64,000 nt of DNA from Candidatus Wolfebacteria bacterium (GTDB taxonomy: Bacteria > Patescibacteriota > Minisyncoccia > Phycocordibacterales > NVSU01), in assembly GCA_002401345.1 (NCBI GenBank), contig NVSU01000001.1, forward strand, positions 68,476 to 132,475, given 5' to 3'. Positions 48,512 to 57,390 of the stretch are shown here, piece after piece. The position numbers and the translations under genes were made by a program. Each line of letters starts with the position of its first letter. Positions within the stretch are counted from its first letter, which is position 1. The notes beneath the pieces are model-generated. The model was not told the origin of the DNA. It ran no database searches and saw nothing but the letters and a program-made list of their open reading frames with translations.

Positions 48512-48778
48512 TTCTTACACTAATTATAGTATAACAAAGAAAACAATGATTAAATGTGCCCATAGTGGTGCTTTATTTTAGGATATCACACTACTGAATA
48601 AATACACATCATAAAAATTGAAATGCTAAAAAAGCTCATTTTTACATAAAAAAACTGCGATATACGCAGAGCCTCGTGTAGACAATATTAAAACTGTGAA
48701 TTATAAATTACCCCAACTCCCGAGACATCCAATGAATACCAAATAATGTATTTGATCTAAGTCAATAAAATCTAGAAA

Positions 48779-48807
48779 TTGACATAAATAATTAAATATG
48801 CTATAGT
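48779..48807 (+). promoter_or_regulatory. Near-consensus sigma70-type promoter TTGACA-17-TATAGT
   Basis: TTGACAtaaataattaaatatgcTATAGT inside a 650-bp gene-free region. Confidence 0.5.
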
Positions 48808-48840
48808 ATTAATCTATAAGAGGCACAGAATAAAAGCTTT

Positions 48841-48883
48841 AATAGAGCACGGGGTGTGATAATTGCGTCAACCCGTGCTCTAT
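48841..48883 (+). ncRNA. 12-bp stem-loop (AATAGAGCACGG ... CCGTGCTCTATT) about 30 nt downstream of the promoter. It is a candidate sRNA or a structured 5' leader of a small ORF
   Basis: Perfect 12-bp stem with a 19-nt loop. A U-rich stretch follows. The candidate 28-codon ORF (48886..48972) starts directly after it. Confidence 0.35.
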
Positions 48884-48885
48884 TA

Positions 48886-48972
48886 ATGCTTTTATTGTTT
48901 ATAGATAATAAAAAAGCGTCAATTTTGTGCTTAATCACAACAATGACGCTAGTAAAAGTATATCACATATAA
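48886..48972 (+). CDS. Candidate 28-aa hydrophobic small peptide MLLLFIDNKKASILCLITTMTLVKVYHI (speculative)
   Basis: ATG immediately 3' of the stem-loop. One predicted TM helix. No clear SD. Confidence 0.2.
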   Translation: MLLLFIDNKKASILCLITTMTLVKVYHI

Positions 48973-48999
48973 AATAAATGTATAGCAATACAACACGCC

Positions 49000-49058
49000 A
49001 TTTTAAATAAATAAAAAACCAGCATAACTGCTGGTTTTTTATTTATTTAAAATGGGCC
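49000..49058. terminator. 27-bp perfect inverted repeat (CCATTTTAAATAAATAAAAAACCAGCA-taac-TGCTGGTTTTTTATTTATTTAAAATGG), bidirectional terminator-like
   Basis: Perfect long palindrome with A/T runs on both sides. It lies downstream of the NUDIX gene on the minus strand. Confidence 0.5.
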
Positions 49059-49164
49059 CTTCACTGACACTTATACCTTTTATTATGGAGGTGTTTAGTG
49101 ATAGAGAATATATGAATGGGATTAAGGAGAGGTTGGAGTGTATATCTAGTTTTGGTTAATTATT

Positions 49165-49596
49165 TCAATTTTCATAAAACATTTTAATACAACTATCTAA
49201 ATCTCTTATTAAATTAAGTTTGAAAGATTTTTCAGGAGAAGTCCATATATAGTTTTGATGTTCATCTTTACTTAACTTAACATCTGGTTTTTCGCTTATA
49301 GGTAAATGATACATGTAATATGTAAAATCATACTCTGGATAACGAACATATATTTTCTCAAAGAAATTAAAATCAGTTGAATCTTTAATAATCCCTGTTT
49401 CCTCCATCAATTCCCTTTTCATGGCATCAAGTGCTTTTTCTCCTTTGTCTATTTTACCTGCTGGAACCCCCCAACTATTTCCTTGTGATTTATCAGGGTG
49501 CCTATGTAGTAACAGGAACTCACCATCAGATTCAATAAAACAGCTGACTATCTCAAAAATAGGCTTAAATTTTTCAGGTGGCGTTTTATGAATCAT
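49165..49596 (-). CDS. NUDIX hydrolase
   Basis: Nudix box GKIDKGEKALDAMKRELMEETGI. Confidence 0.8.
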   Translation of the reverse strand: MIHKTPPEKFKPIFEIVSCFIESDGEFLLLHRHPDKSQGNSWGVPAGKIDKGEKALDAMKRELMEETGIIKDSTDFNFFEKIYVRYPEYDFTYYMYHLPISEKPDVKLSKDEHQNYIWTSPEKSFKLNLIRDLDSCIKMFYEN

Positions 49597-49599
49597 AAT

Positions 49600-50406
49600 T
49601 TATATCCCGGATGAATTGATGAGTCTGATAAATTCATCTAATGTATCAGATGTCACAGTAGACATAAATTGTGTCATGTGATTATCAAGCCCAGTGTCTT
49701 TCACATAATACTCCTTAGCATAGATGAAATGTTCCTTTGTAAACTCTTCATTCCCTTTCATGCCAAAATAACTTTTCAACTGAGACATTCTCTCAACAAC
49801 CTCTGTAGCACTAAAGAGGTACTCCTTAAGGATTTCTACTAAAACTTCATCATGTTTTTTATTGTGTGCTTTTCTAATTTCTGTAATATCAAACTGCATC
49901 GCATCCTGATCAAAGGCGGATGCAAAATGTTTCATAAAATATTTATTACTGTATACCCTAATTATATGTCCTTTCTCATGAGCCTCAAGAATGCTCTGTG
50001 CAATAATTCTTTTATCAGGATCAATATGTGGCGAAATTATATTTGTCGCAACAGCTTCTCTTGAAACAGGATCTTTAGATTCAGATATATGTAATAAATC
50101 AAAGCCTGGGAAACCATAAACCGGCCTATTTGGATCAAACGATAGAGGAGTATCAATGCTAACCTCTTTAATTTGATGTTTGATCGCTTCTTCTATCTTG
50201 TTTCTTAGCTTATTTATGTCTTCCTTATCTGGATGATTTTCACTTATGTAATAAGCTAAATATAGCTCAACCATTTGATTGAATATATCGAGATTCTCCA
50301 CCCTTTCAAGTAACAGTAAAGTGGGGTGCTCTTGGGAATTTGCCTGTTCTTCGATAGAAGACTTTGGTTTTTCTTCTTTTCCCCCTAATCTAATTTCTTC
50401 CATACA
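49600..50406 (-). CDS. Hypothetical protein with an HExxH motif (possible metallopeptidase-like)
   Basis: ILEAHEKGHIIRV. The start is probably MEEIRL. Confidence 0.35.
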   Translation of the reverse strand, partial: CMEEIRLGGKEEKPKSSIEEQANSQEHPTLLLLERVENLDIFNQMVELYLAYYISENHPDKEDINKLRNKIEEAIKHQIKEVSIDTPLSFDPNRPVYGFPGFDLLHISESKDPVSREAVATNIISPHIDPDKRIIAQSILEAHEKGHIIRVYSNKYFMKHFASAFDQDAMQFDITEIRKAHNKKHDEVLVEILKEYLFSATEVVERMSQLKSYFGMKGNEEFTKEHFIYAKEYYVKDTGLDNHMTQFMSTVTSDTLDEFIRLINSSGI

Positions 50407-50432
50407 CACAGTATACCAGAACCAAAAATACC

Positions 50433-50463
50433 CCACAAACGTGGGGTATTTTTGGTAAATATT
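50433..50463 (-). terminator. Intrinsic terminator (ATACCCCAC-aaac-GTGGGGTAT), downstream of tRNA-His
   Basis: Perfect hairpin with flanking A and T runs. Confidence 0.6.
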
Positions 50464-50540
50464 ATGATGGGCGCACTGCTCAAGACATTAACCTTTCCCA
50501 GCACACGCCAAAAATATATTCATTTCATTTATTATTTTTG

Positions 50541-50612
50541 GGCGCCCAGAGAGAATTGAACTCTCGTCGCCGGTACCACAAACCGGAGCTTTACCACTAA
50601 GCTATGGGCACC
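50541..50612 (-). tRNA. tRNA-His (anticodon GTG) with encoded G-1
   Basis: I folded the cloverleaf by hand. Acceptor GTGCCCA/TGGGCGC. D arm GCTT-AGTGGTA-AAGC. Anticodon loop TTGTGGT. T arm GAGAG-TTCAATT-CTCTC. An extra 5' G pairs with discriminator C. Confidence 0.8.
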
Positions 50613-50674
50613 ATGTCTCATCTTATATAAGACCTATCTGTTATACCAGATTTATGGTACATACGTCTAGTGAT

Positions 50675-51682
50675 TTACATTTTACGTTTTACAAAGCGTC
50701 GTTCCATTATTTGACTAAGTATCAGTCCGAGTGCGAGCAAGCCAAAGTATATTCCAAACAAATTAGATGGCGTAGTAAGGCTATGTAGCACTGCTCCTAA
50801 TATAAATACTGTATACCATGACACTAAAGAAATCGAACCGAGTGCGAATGCTAATTTACGAAATATATTGAGTTCCCTTTCAGTGTGGTCATGTGGTTTC
50901 CCAAAAGAAATTTGTACAAGTTTTGGTGCAATATAAAGATTGAGGAAGATTCCATTTACAATAATAACACCTACTCCAAATGATTTCACAAGGAACTTCA
51001 TAGATGCATTGAATATTTCTATGTTTGTCACATAGATTCCCAAGCCACTGATCACAAGCATTCCTAATGCAAACCAAATTACTTGAGAAACTGTGCTCAT
51101 TATGTCCGCCTCTTTTTCTGAAATTTTATAGTCCTTCAAAAACTTAAAGAATAAAATGTCAGTAACTGTTGCTGCACCAAGTCCAATAGCGGCAGAAAGT
51201 GCATGAACTACAATAATAATAGATCTATAATCTTGGAGAAGTGACACAAATCCATATTCAGATGAAAAGAATGTTGCAATTAGAATTATTGTTGAAATAA
51301 ATGCTGAATATATGCACCACGTACACCAATATCTAAATACAAATGCCTGGATAGCGATCAAATATAGTGAGAACATGAATGCAAGCACAGTGAGTACTAT
51401 CAACGCAAACACCGCTGCTTGTGGAAGAAATCCCGGGAATAACACCACAACTGCATATCCAAGCGCAATAAGTCCATAATAAATCATACCCAAAGACTCA
51501 ATTGGAATCCCTATAAATTTTGAATAATCGCTTCGGACCACCGTATCACAATCAGCACCAAGGGGACACACCAATGGTGTATCTGTTTTTTTCTTATGGT
51601 GAATATAGAATGAAATAAAAAATCCAACCATTGAGAAGAGAATGATTGCAATTTGAAAAAATAATGGAGAAAATATAAACAT
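50675..51682 (-). CDS. Vitamin K epoxide reductase (VKOR) family membrane protein with an extra C-terminal membrane domain
   Basis: Loop cysteine pair CPLGADCD...FIGIP. Active-site CTWC inside a TM helix. Confidence 0.6.
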   Translation of the reverse strand: MFIFSPLFFQIAIILFSMVGFFISFYIHHKKKTDTPLVCPLGADCDTVVRSDYSKFIGIPIESLGMIYYGLIALGYAVVVLFPGFLPQAAVFALIVLTVLAFMFSLYLIAIQAFVFRYWCTWCIYSAFISTIILIATFFSSEYGFVSLLQDYRSIIIVVHALSAAIGLGAATVTDILFFKFLKDYKISEKEADIMSTVSQVIWFALGMLVISGLGIYVTNIEIFNASMKFLVKSFGVGVIIVNGIFLNLYIAPKLVQISFGKPHDHTERELNIFRKLAFALGSISLVSWYTVFILGAVLHSLTTPSNLFGIYFGLLALGLILSQIMERRFVKRKM

Positions 51683-51688
51683 AGGTTT

Positions 51689-52678
51689 TTATAAAATTTG
51701 AATAATTTTTGCTATAAACACAGCATAAAGGAATAACATCGCTACACCTTCCCAGAATCTAATCTTATTATCAAATATAACAAATATAACAGTAAATGTT
51801 GCGACCACGAGGAATGGAATACCTATACTAAATGTAGAATCATGTATAGTCAAGTCTTTAAACAGTGCGGGTAGTCCCCCCACAAGGAGCAGGTTGAATG
51901 TATTGGAGCCAAATACATTTCCAATTGCCATACCATGATTCCCAAGTCTGATTGCCGAAATAGACGTGAGTACCTCAGGAAGAGATGTTCCAAATGCAAC
52001 TACTGTTATGGTGAGTAATGAAGAAGATATTCCGAGTAATTGAGATAATGTCAGCACACTATCAATAAGAAATTTTGCGCCTACTGCAATTGCAATCATA
52101 CTCGCCACTATTATCGCTATATAGACACGTACGTTACTCTTTCTATGCTTTTTTTCTGTACCATTTTCAAATTGCTCTTTAAGCTCTTTCATTTGCTCCT
52201 TCTCTTCTTTTTCTTCTTCATTCCCTTCGGATCCTGATCTAATATTATAAATCATAAAAATAACGAAAAATACAAAGAGTGCAATTCCCTCCGGAAATGA
52301 GATAACCTTATCCATTGCAAAGAATACAAATAGTGCCATCGACATAAAGAAGAATGGCAAATCAACATCAATTAATTTTGTACTTGCTTTTAGAGTCCCT
52401 GCAACTACCGCACCTATTCCAAGGATCAATAGACCATTAGCAATATTAGAACCAATTATGTTATCAGTCACAAATTCAGTCTCCCCGGCACTAATCGCAA
52501 ACAAGGACGATACAAGCTCTGGTAGCGATGTACCAATGGCAATAATAGTTGCACCAATGATGAACGAACTCATTCCAAATATTAGACCAAGTTTTTCACT
52601 GTATTTAGTAAAATAATCAGCTGAGCGTATGAGTACAAATAAACTTGCTATTAATACTCCTATCCATAATACAATCAT
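51689..52678 (-). CDS. Ca2+/Na+ antiporter (CaCA family, YrbG-like)
   Basis: Two alpha-repeats: GTSLPELVSSLFA and GTSLPEVLTSISA...GNVFGSNTFNLL. Confidence 0.8.
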   Translation of the reverse strand: MIVLWIGVLIASLFVLIRSADYFTKYSEKLGLIFGMSSFIIGATIIAIGTSLPELVSSLFAISAGETEFVTDNIIGSNIANGLLILGIGAVVAGTLKASTKLIDVDLPFFFMSMALFVFFAMDKVISFPEGIALFVFFVIFMIYNIRSGSEGNEEEKEEKEQMKELKEQFENGTEKKHRKSNVRVYIAIIVASMIAIAVGAKFLIDSVLTLSQLLGISSSLLTITVVAFGTSLPEVLTSISAIRLGNHGMAIGNVFGSNTFNLLLVGGLPALFKDLTIHDSTFSIGIPFLVVATFTVIFVIFDNKIRFWEGVAMLFLYAVFIAKIIQIL

Positions 52679-52719
52679 ATGTACAGTTTAGCATGTGCAT
52701 TAAAAATCACACATGACAC

Positions 52720-53043
52720 TTAACGAACAGTACTCCCCGGAGAAACTTCAATTTCAGGCTGAAGGAGTACTATTCCCTCGTCTCCTCCTGTTGCAAGGAT
52801 CATTCCATTGCTCATCTCTCCTCGCATTTTCCGGGGCTCTAGATTTAGAAGTACCGGCATTTCTTTTCCTATTAGTATGGATGGATCAGGATACATCTCT
52901 GCAATACCTGCAAGAATCTGCCGCTCCTCGCCACCTATATCAAAGATAAGCTTAAGAAGCTTATCTGCACCAGGAATATTCTCAGCTGATATAACCTTTC
53001 CAATTTTTATTTCTAATTTTGCAAAATCTTCGTATGTAATCAT
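52720..53043 (-). CDS. csaA: tRNA-binding protein (CsaA/Trbp111/EMAP-type OB domain)
   Basis: FAKLEIKIGKVISAE...ILAGIAEMY...SNGMILA. Confidence 0.8.
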   Translation of the reverse strand: MITYEDFAKLEIKIGKVISAENIPGADKLLKLIFDIGGEERQILAGIAEMYPDPSILIGKEMPVLLNLEPRKMRGEMSNGMILATGGDEGIVLLQPEIEVSPGSTVR

Positions 53044-53051
53044 ATTTTTTG

Positions 53052-53135
53052 TGCCCAGGGAGGGAGTCGAACCCTCACGTCCTTACGAACACTGGCCCCT
53101 CAAGCCAGCCAGTCTACCAATTTCTGCACCTGGGC
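53052..53135 (-). tRNA. tRNA-Leu (anticodon GAG), class II with a long variable arm
   Basis: Acceptor GCCCAGG/CCTGGGC. Anticodon stem-loop CTGGC-TTGAGGG-GCCAG. T arm GAGGG-TTCGACT-CCCTC. Confidence 0.8.
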
Positions 53136-53269
53136 ATATTTAAAGTTTCTCATCAACTATACTCAATGCCTTCTTAATTTTCAAGTATTTACGAGAAAGA
53201 CAATTTATTTTTTTAGCCTTACATTTCTTTTTTTTGATATACTACATATAGATAATTAAAACTGATGTA

Positions 53270-53695
53270 ATGTTGAATATGAATAAAAATGTGAAATACA
53301 AATATATAAGGGCGTTTGTGGCAGGATCTGCCTTTCCCATAATGCTGGCTGTGGTATTTGTGTATTTTCTTGGAATGCTGGCGCTTGGCTTTGGAGAAGG
53401 AATCGATAAAATAGAATTCCTGCGCCTTCCTATTATTCTTGGAGTGGTCAATATTCTACACATCGGTCTTCTACAAAAATGGCCTGCAAAAAACCTGAAC
53501 AAAAGATTGTGGCTCGTTGGAATACTACTAGGCATAGCTCTTGTACTGCCAGCAAATTTTATCTCAGATACAACTGAAAAACTCTTTGGTCTACCCGGTC
53601 CACAAATTCTCACTATCATTGCTGCACCAATAGCATATGGGGCAATCTTCCGTTACATTTTAAAATACTTAAACAGAATGGTTGGACTTAATTAA
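53270..53695 (+). CDS. Membrane protein, hypothetical (4 TM)
   Basis: 141 aa, hydrophobic. Confidence 0.4.
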   Translation: MLNMNKNVKYKYIRAFVAGSAFPIMLAVVFVYFLGMLALGFGEGIDKIEFLRLPIILGVVNILHIGLLQKWPAKNLNKRLWLVGILLGIALVLPANFISDTTEKLFGLPGPQILTIIAAPIAYGAIFRYILKYLNRMVGLN

Positions 53696-55268
53696 TGATG
53701 ATTCTTGAATTAATTTGAACATCATCAATAATTTCTACTCTGCCAGAGGGCCAGATTACTTCAATTGATCTAATGTCCGTATCACTACCGAGACCAAAGA
53801 AGAGTTCTGGGGTCTGATCCGTTACAAGACCAGTGCTTGTGATTACTTGTTTCGTAAGCCTCGTTCCATTTATTTTTTCAACAATAACGCGTGCACCAAT
53901 GGACTCAGCGATATCTTGTAGAGACACTGCTACATAGTTATTGTTACCACCCTCATTCAAAAATGCACGAAGAGGACCATCGAAATTCACATAGATAATA
54001 TCTGGATACCCATCTCGATTAAAGTCTGCAATAAGTGGCGATTGTCCAAAATATTTATTTACGACACCAGAGATATTCTCTGTTGAGACAAAGTTACCAT
54101 TACTTCTTTGAACAAAAAATCTACCAGGATTTTTTATTAACTTATGAGGAAACCACTTTACAAAGTTCTCAGCAACCATCAAGTCTTGGAGACCATCAAG
54201 GTTAAAATCTTCAAATATTGCCCCCCATGCAAATTCATCCTTTTGTACCCCTTTCTCTTTTGTTATATCCGTGAATACAAAATTTCCGTCATTTCTAAGT
54301 AATTTCCATTTTAAATCAAGACTTTGATCATCTCGTATGTCACCCATAAGAAACCTTTTAGGAATTGTTTTTCCTGCATTACTAAAAAATAGATCCATGT
54401 CGCCATCATTATCAATATCCCCTACGGCCATTCCCATCCAAAATCCGTACACAGTTGGAGATGATATTTCTTCAAATGTGAGGTTGCGAAGGTTTTTATA
54501 GATCTTCACACTATCTGTGTTTGGAGACAGTACGAGATCGAGCCATCCATCGTTGTCGAGATCAATAAAACTTGAAACAAATGTGTTTTGTTTTAATAAG
54601 AGCCCAGAGCTCGCGGTTATATCTTGAAATGTATTGTCGCCTTTGTTCAATAACATGATATTCAATTTTCCATGATCGATATCATTAAATGTAGCAGCTT
54701 TGAAATTTGGAGGATCAATAAATGTACTTATATAGAGATCAATAAGACCATCTTTGTTTATGTCACCTGATGCAATGGCAATAGGGATCGTATTCTTTTC
54801 AAGCTCAAGCTCAATTTTTGTTTCGGAAAATATCTTATCCCGATTGATGTACATATAGACACCCGAGTCACGGGCTATAAAGAGATCGATATCTCCGTCG
54901 TTATCACTATCAATCGAAAGCGCACCATAGGTACCCTCTTCTATATTTGAAAGCCCTGTACCCTCAATAATGTTTTTGAATTCACCATTCTTGTATGAAA
55001 AAAGTGCATCCGGCTGTCCTACGCTACCGCCTACAAATACCTCTTGTACTCCATCATTGTCTATATCAATGACTGCACCACCTGCAAACCCATGTCCTGG
55101 AAGAGTGTGTTCATGAACAAAATCTATTGGAACTTCTCTAAATGTTGGAATAAATGTTTCTTGTTCCGAATCAAATAAACGCCTTACAGCGACTGTGTTT
55201 AATAAGGGAGAGATAAAGATTAGTACAAGACTAATCAATATAATAATTAAGGTTAATTTTTTCATAAC
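53688..55268 (-). CDS. Secreted FG-GAP / ASPIC-UnbV-like repeat protein
   Basis: Repeated DxDxDGxxD Ca-binding FG-GAP motifs (SIDSDNDGDIDLF, GDINKDGLIDLY, DLDNDGWLDLV, GDIDNDGDMDLF). Signal anchor MKKLTLIIILISLVLIF. Confidence 0.6.
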   Translation of the reverse strand, partial: VMKKLTLIIILISLVLIFISPLLNTVAVRRLFDSEQETFIPTFREVPIDFVHEHTLPGHGFAGGAVIDIDNDGVQEVFVGGSVGQPDALFSYKNGEFKNIIEGTGLSNIEEGTYGALSIDSDNDGDIDLFIARDSGVYMYINRDKIFSETKIELELEKNTIPIAIASGDINKDGLIDLYISTFIDPPNFKAATFNDIDHGKLNIMLLNKGDNTFQDITASSGLLLKQNTFVSSFIDLDNDGWLDLVLSPNTDSVKIYKNLRNLTFEEISSPTVYGFWMGMAVGDIDNDGDMDLFFSNAGKTIPKRFLMGDIRDDQSLDLKWKLLRNDGNFVFTDITKEKGVQKDEFAWGAIFEDFNLDGLQDLMVAENFVKWFPHKLIKNPGRFFVQRSNGNFVSTENISGVVNKYFGQSPLIADFNRDGYPDIIYVNFDGPLRAFLNEGGNNNYVAVSLQDIAESIGARVIVEKINGTRLTKQVITSTGLVTDQTPELFFGLGSDTDIRSIEVIWPSGRVEIIDDVQINSRIIIN

Positions 55269-55386
55269 ATAATTGCGAATGTTAATAGTACCAACAAATG
55301 AGTACAATATGTTAGCTATGTATCACTTCCAGCGTCCAACCGTATACTCTCTAAATTATACATAAAATCTCCCATTTAGGGAGATT

Positions 55387-55983
55387 TTACTTTTTCTTTT
55401 TTCCGCCAGCTGGCGGATTTGCTTTCGTTTTCTTTTTGGTTTTAGTTTTGGTCTTGGTTTTTTTTACTTTCTTCTTTTTCACACTACTGCGCACAGGTTT
55501 TTTGGGTGCCAACTTCTTTTTTAATTTATTTCTTTGATCCTCTGCCACAATATAGCCCACACACTTATCTGTTCCACACCAACATGGATGATCTTCAAAA
55601 CACTCTAGGTCATATCCATAATCATATGAAAGCTCTTCATCTTTCTTAATATCTTTAATGGCATAAATCCAAATTTCTCCTTTTTCAACTTCAACTTCAC
55701 AATTTGGATCACATGAATGATTTATAAGTCGTGCAGTATTCTCGGGAACGTTTCCATCAATTTGATATCTCTTGTTAAGTTCAAATAAGTACACTGCTCC
55801 GCCCTCTTTATGATTCTTTGATTTCTCAAAGGATTCATCATATATATCGTCAGCCTCTTTGTTAGTTACCTTATTACCTATATATTGAATAATTTGAGTC
55901 TCATCTACAATGTCATACGCAGCAAAAAGTCCACGTTTGTGGATTTTTGATTGACTTCTTTTATAGAGTTTCTTAGGAGCCAT
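55387..55983 (-). CDS. SET-domain protein-lysine methyltransferase with a histone-H1-like Lys-rich C-terminal tail
   Basis: RLINHSCDPN, ELSYDYG, post-SET CWCGTDKC. The tail is KKKLAPKKPVRSSVKKKKVKKTKTKTKTKKKTKANPPAGGKKKK. Confidence 0.75.
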   Translation of the reverse strand: MAPKKLYKRSQSKIHKRGLFAAYDIVDETQIIQYIGNKVTNKEADDIYDESFEKSKNHKEGGAVYLFELNKRYQIDGNVPENTARLINHSCDPNCEVEVEKGEIWIYAIKDIKKDEELSYDYGYDLECFEDHPCWCGTDKCVGYIVAEDQRNKLKKKLAPKKPVRSSVKKKKVKKTKTKTKTKKKTKANPPAGGKKKK

Positions 55984-56000
55984 GTGTAATTAAAATATTA

Positions 56001-56582
56001 TTATTTTGATTCTGCTACTGAGTCATCATTCTTTTTCTCTGCGTCAGCAGACACATCCTCAGGTGTCTCTGTATTTTCTTCGGAAGTTTTTTCCTCTCCA
56101 CTATCTGGTGCATTCTCTTCTTTCTTCATTTCCTCTCCACCTTCAACTTTCTCTGTACTCGCCTCAGCTGATGTTTCCTCTGGTGCTGGTTCTGGGTCTG
56201 GTTCTGGTTCTGGGTCTGGAGCAATGAATCGTAATGCCTTCATCTTCCTTCGAATTTCTTTAGCTGCTTTTTCACGTATAAAATACAACTTTGATCGTCG
56301 AGTCTTTGCTCTCTTTATTATTTCTATTTTATCAATCAATACAGAATAAAGTGGAAAGATTTTCTCTACTCCAATACCTTTTGAAACCTTTCGAACAGTA
56401 ATAGTTGCTCCTGGCTCTCGTCCGTGCTTTCGTGCAAGCACAAGTCCTTCAAATGCCTGAAGTCGTGTTTTACCTTTTTCCTGAATTTTAGACCACACTC
56501 GAATAGTATCCCCTGATTTAATATCAAGTTTCCTTCTTTCTTCGATGTTTACTGGGCTAAATTTTATAGCTGTAGTTTGCAT
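56001..56582 (-). CDS. rplS: 50S ribosomal protein L19 with an about 75-aa acidic/Pro-Glu-rich C-terminal extension
   Basis: GDTIRVWSKIQEKGKTRLQAFEGLVLARKHG...TVRKVSKGIGVEKIFPLYS. The tail is PDPEPEPDPEPAPEETSAE... Confidence 0.85.
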   Translation of the reverse strand: MQTTAIKFSPVNIEERRKLDIKSGDTIRVWSKIQEKGKTRLQAFEGLVLARKHGREPGATITVRKVSKGIGVEKIFPLYSVLIDKIEIIKRAKTRRSKLYFIREKAAKEIRRKMKALRFIAPDPEPEPDPEPAPEETSAEASTEKVEGGEEMKKEENAPDSGEEKTSEENTETPEDVSADAEKKNDDSVAESK

Positions 56583-56603
56583 AGTAGAAAAACTTTATCA
56601 CAA

Positions 56604-57347
56604 TTACTTTACTTTCGCAAGAAACTTGTTGAAATCATCAGGAAGAGGTGCCTCGACCGTAATTTTCTCTCCATTGAGCAATATAAACTCAATAGAATAG
56701 GCATGAAGCGCCAGTCGCGACATTCCGAGAATTGGACATGTCCGCTTGGGAGCATAGAGAGAATCACATACTACAGGATGATTAAGATATTTCATATGAA
56801 CCCTAATTTGATGGGTTCGCCCTGTTTTCGGTTTTACTTCAATATATGTAAATGTATCTACATTTACTTTGAAGCGATCAAGTACTTCATATAGTGTAAT
56901 CGCCTCTCGAGCCAGACCGCGTGCACCTCGTTGTGCCGACCACAAACGAAAATCGCTTTTACTTCGGGCAATCGGTTTATCAATCTCTCCTTCGTCATTT
57001 TTTATAGAACCCCATACTATAGTCCTGTATGTTTTTTGTACTGTTCTATTTTGAAATTGATCTTTAAGGTGAAAGAAGGATTTTTGATTCTTTGCAATTA
57101 AAAGTACTCCTGATGTATCTTTATCAAGTCTATGAACTATTCCTGGACGAGGCAACTCCACTTCCTCTTTTGTTTTTGAATCAATGATAGTCATTGGTTC
57201 TCCTACTTCTTTCATTTCTGAATATCTCTCTAATATCCAATCAACTAGTGTCGCATCTTTTGTGCGCCCATCAGAATGAACCATAAGTCCTACTGGCTTA
57301 TATATGGCTACTATATCATTGTCTTCGTATAAGATGTCTATATTCAT
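56604..57347 (-). CDS. RluA-family pseudouridine synthase
   Basis: HRLDKDTSGVLLIAKN catalytic-Asp motif. Confidence 0.85.
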   Translation of the reverse strand: MNIDILYEDNDIVAIYKPVGLMVHSDGRTKDATLVDWILERYSEMKEVGEPMTIIDSKTKEEVELPRPGIVHRLDKDTSGVLLIAKNQKSFFHLKDQFQNRTVQKTYRTIVWGSIKNDEGEIDKPIARSKSDFRLWSAQRGARGLAREAITLYEVLDRFKVNVDTFTYIEVKPKTGRTHQIRVHMKYLNHPVVCDSLYAPKRTCPILGMSRLALHAYSIEFILLNGEKITVEAPLPDDFNKFLAKVK

Positions 57348-57390
57348 AATAAAAAAAACAGATCGCTGAATAAAAACTAGCGATCTGTTA

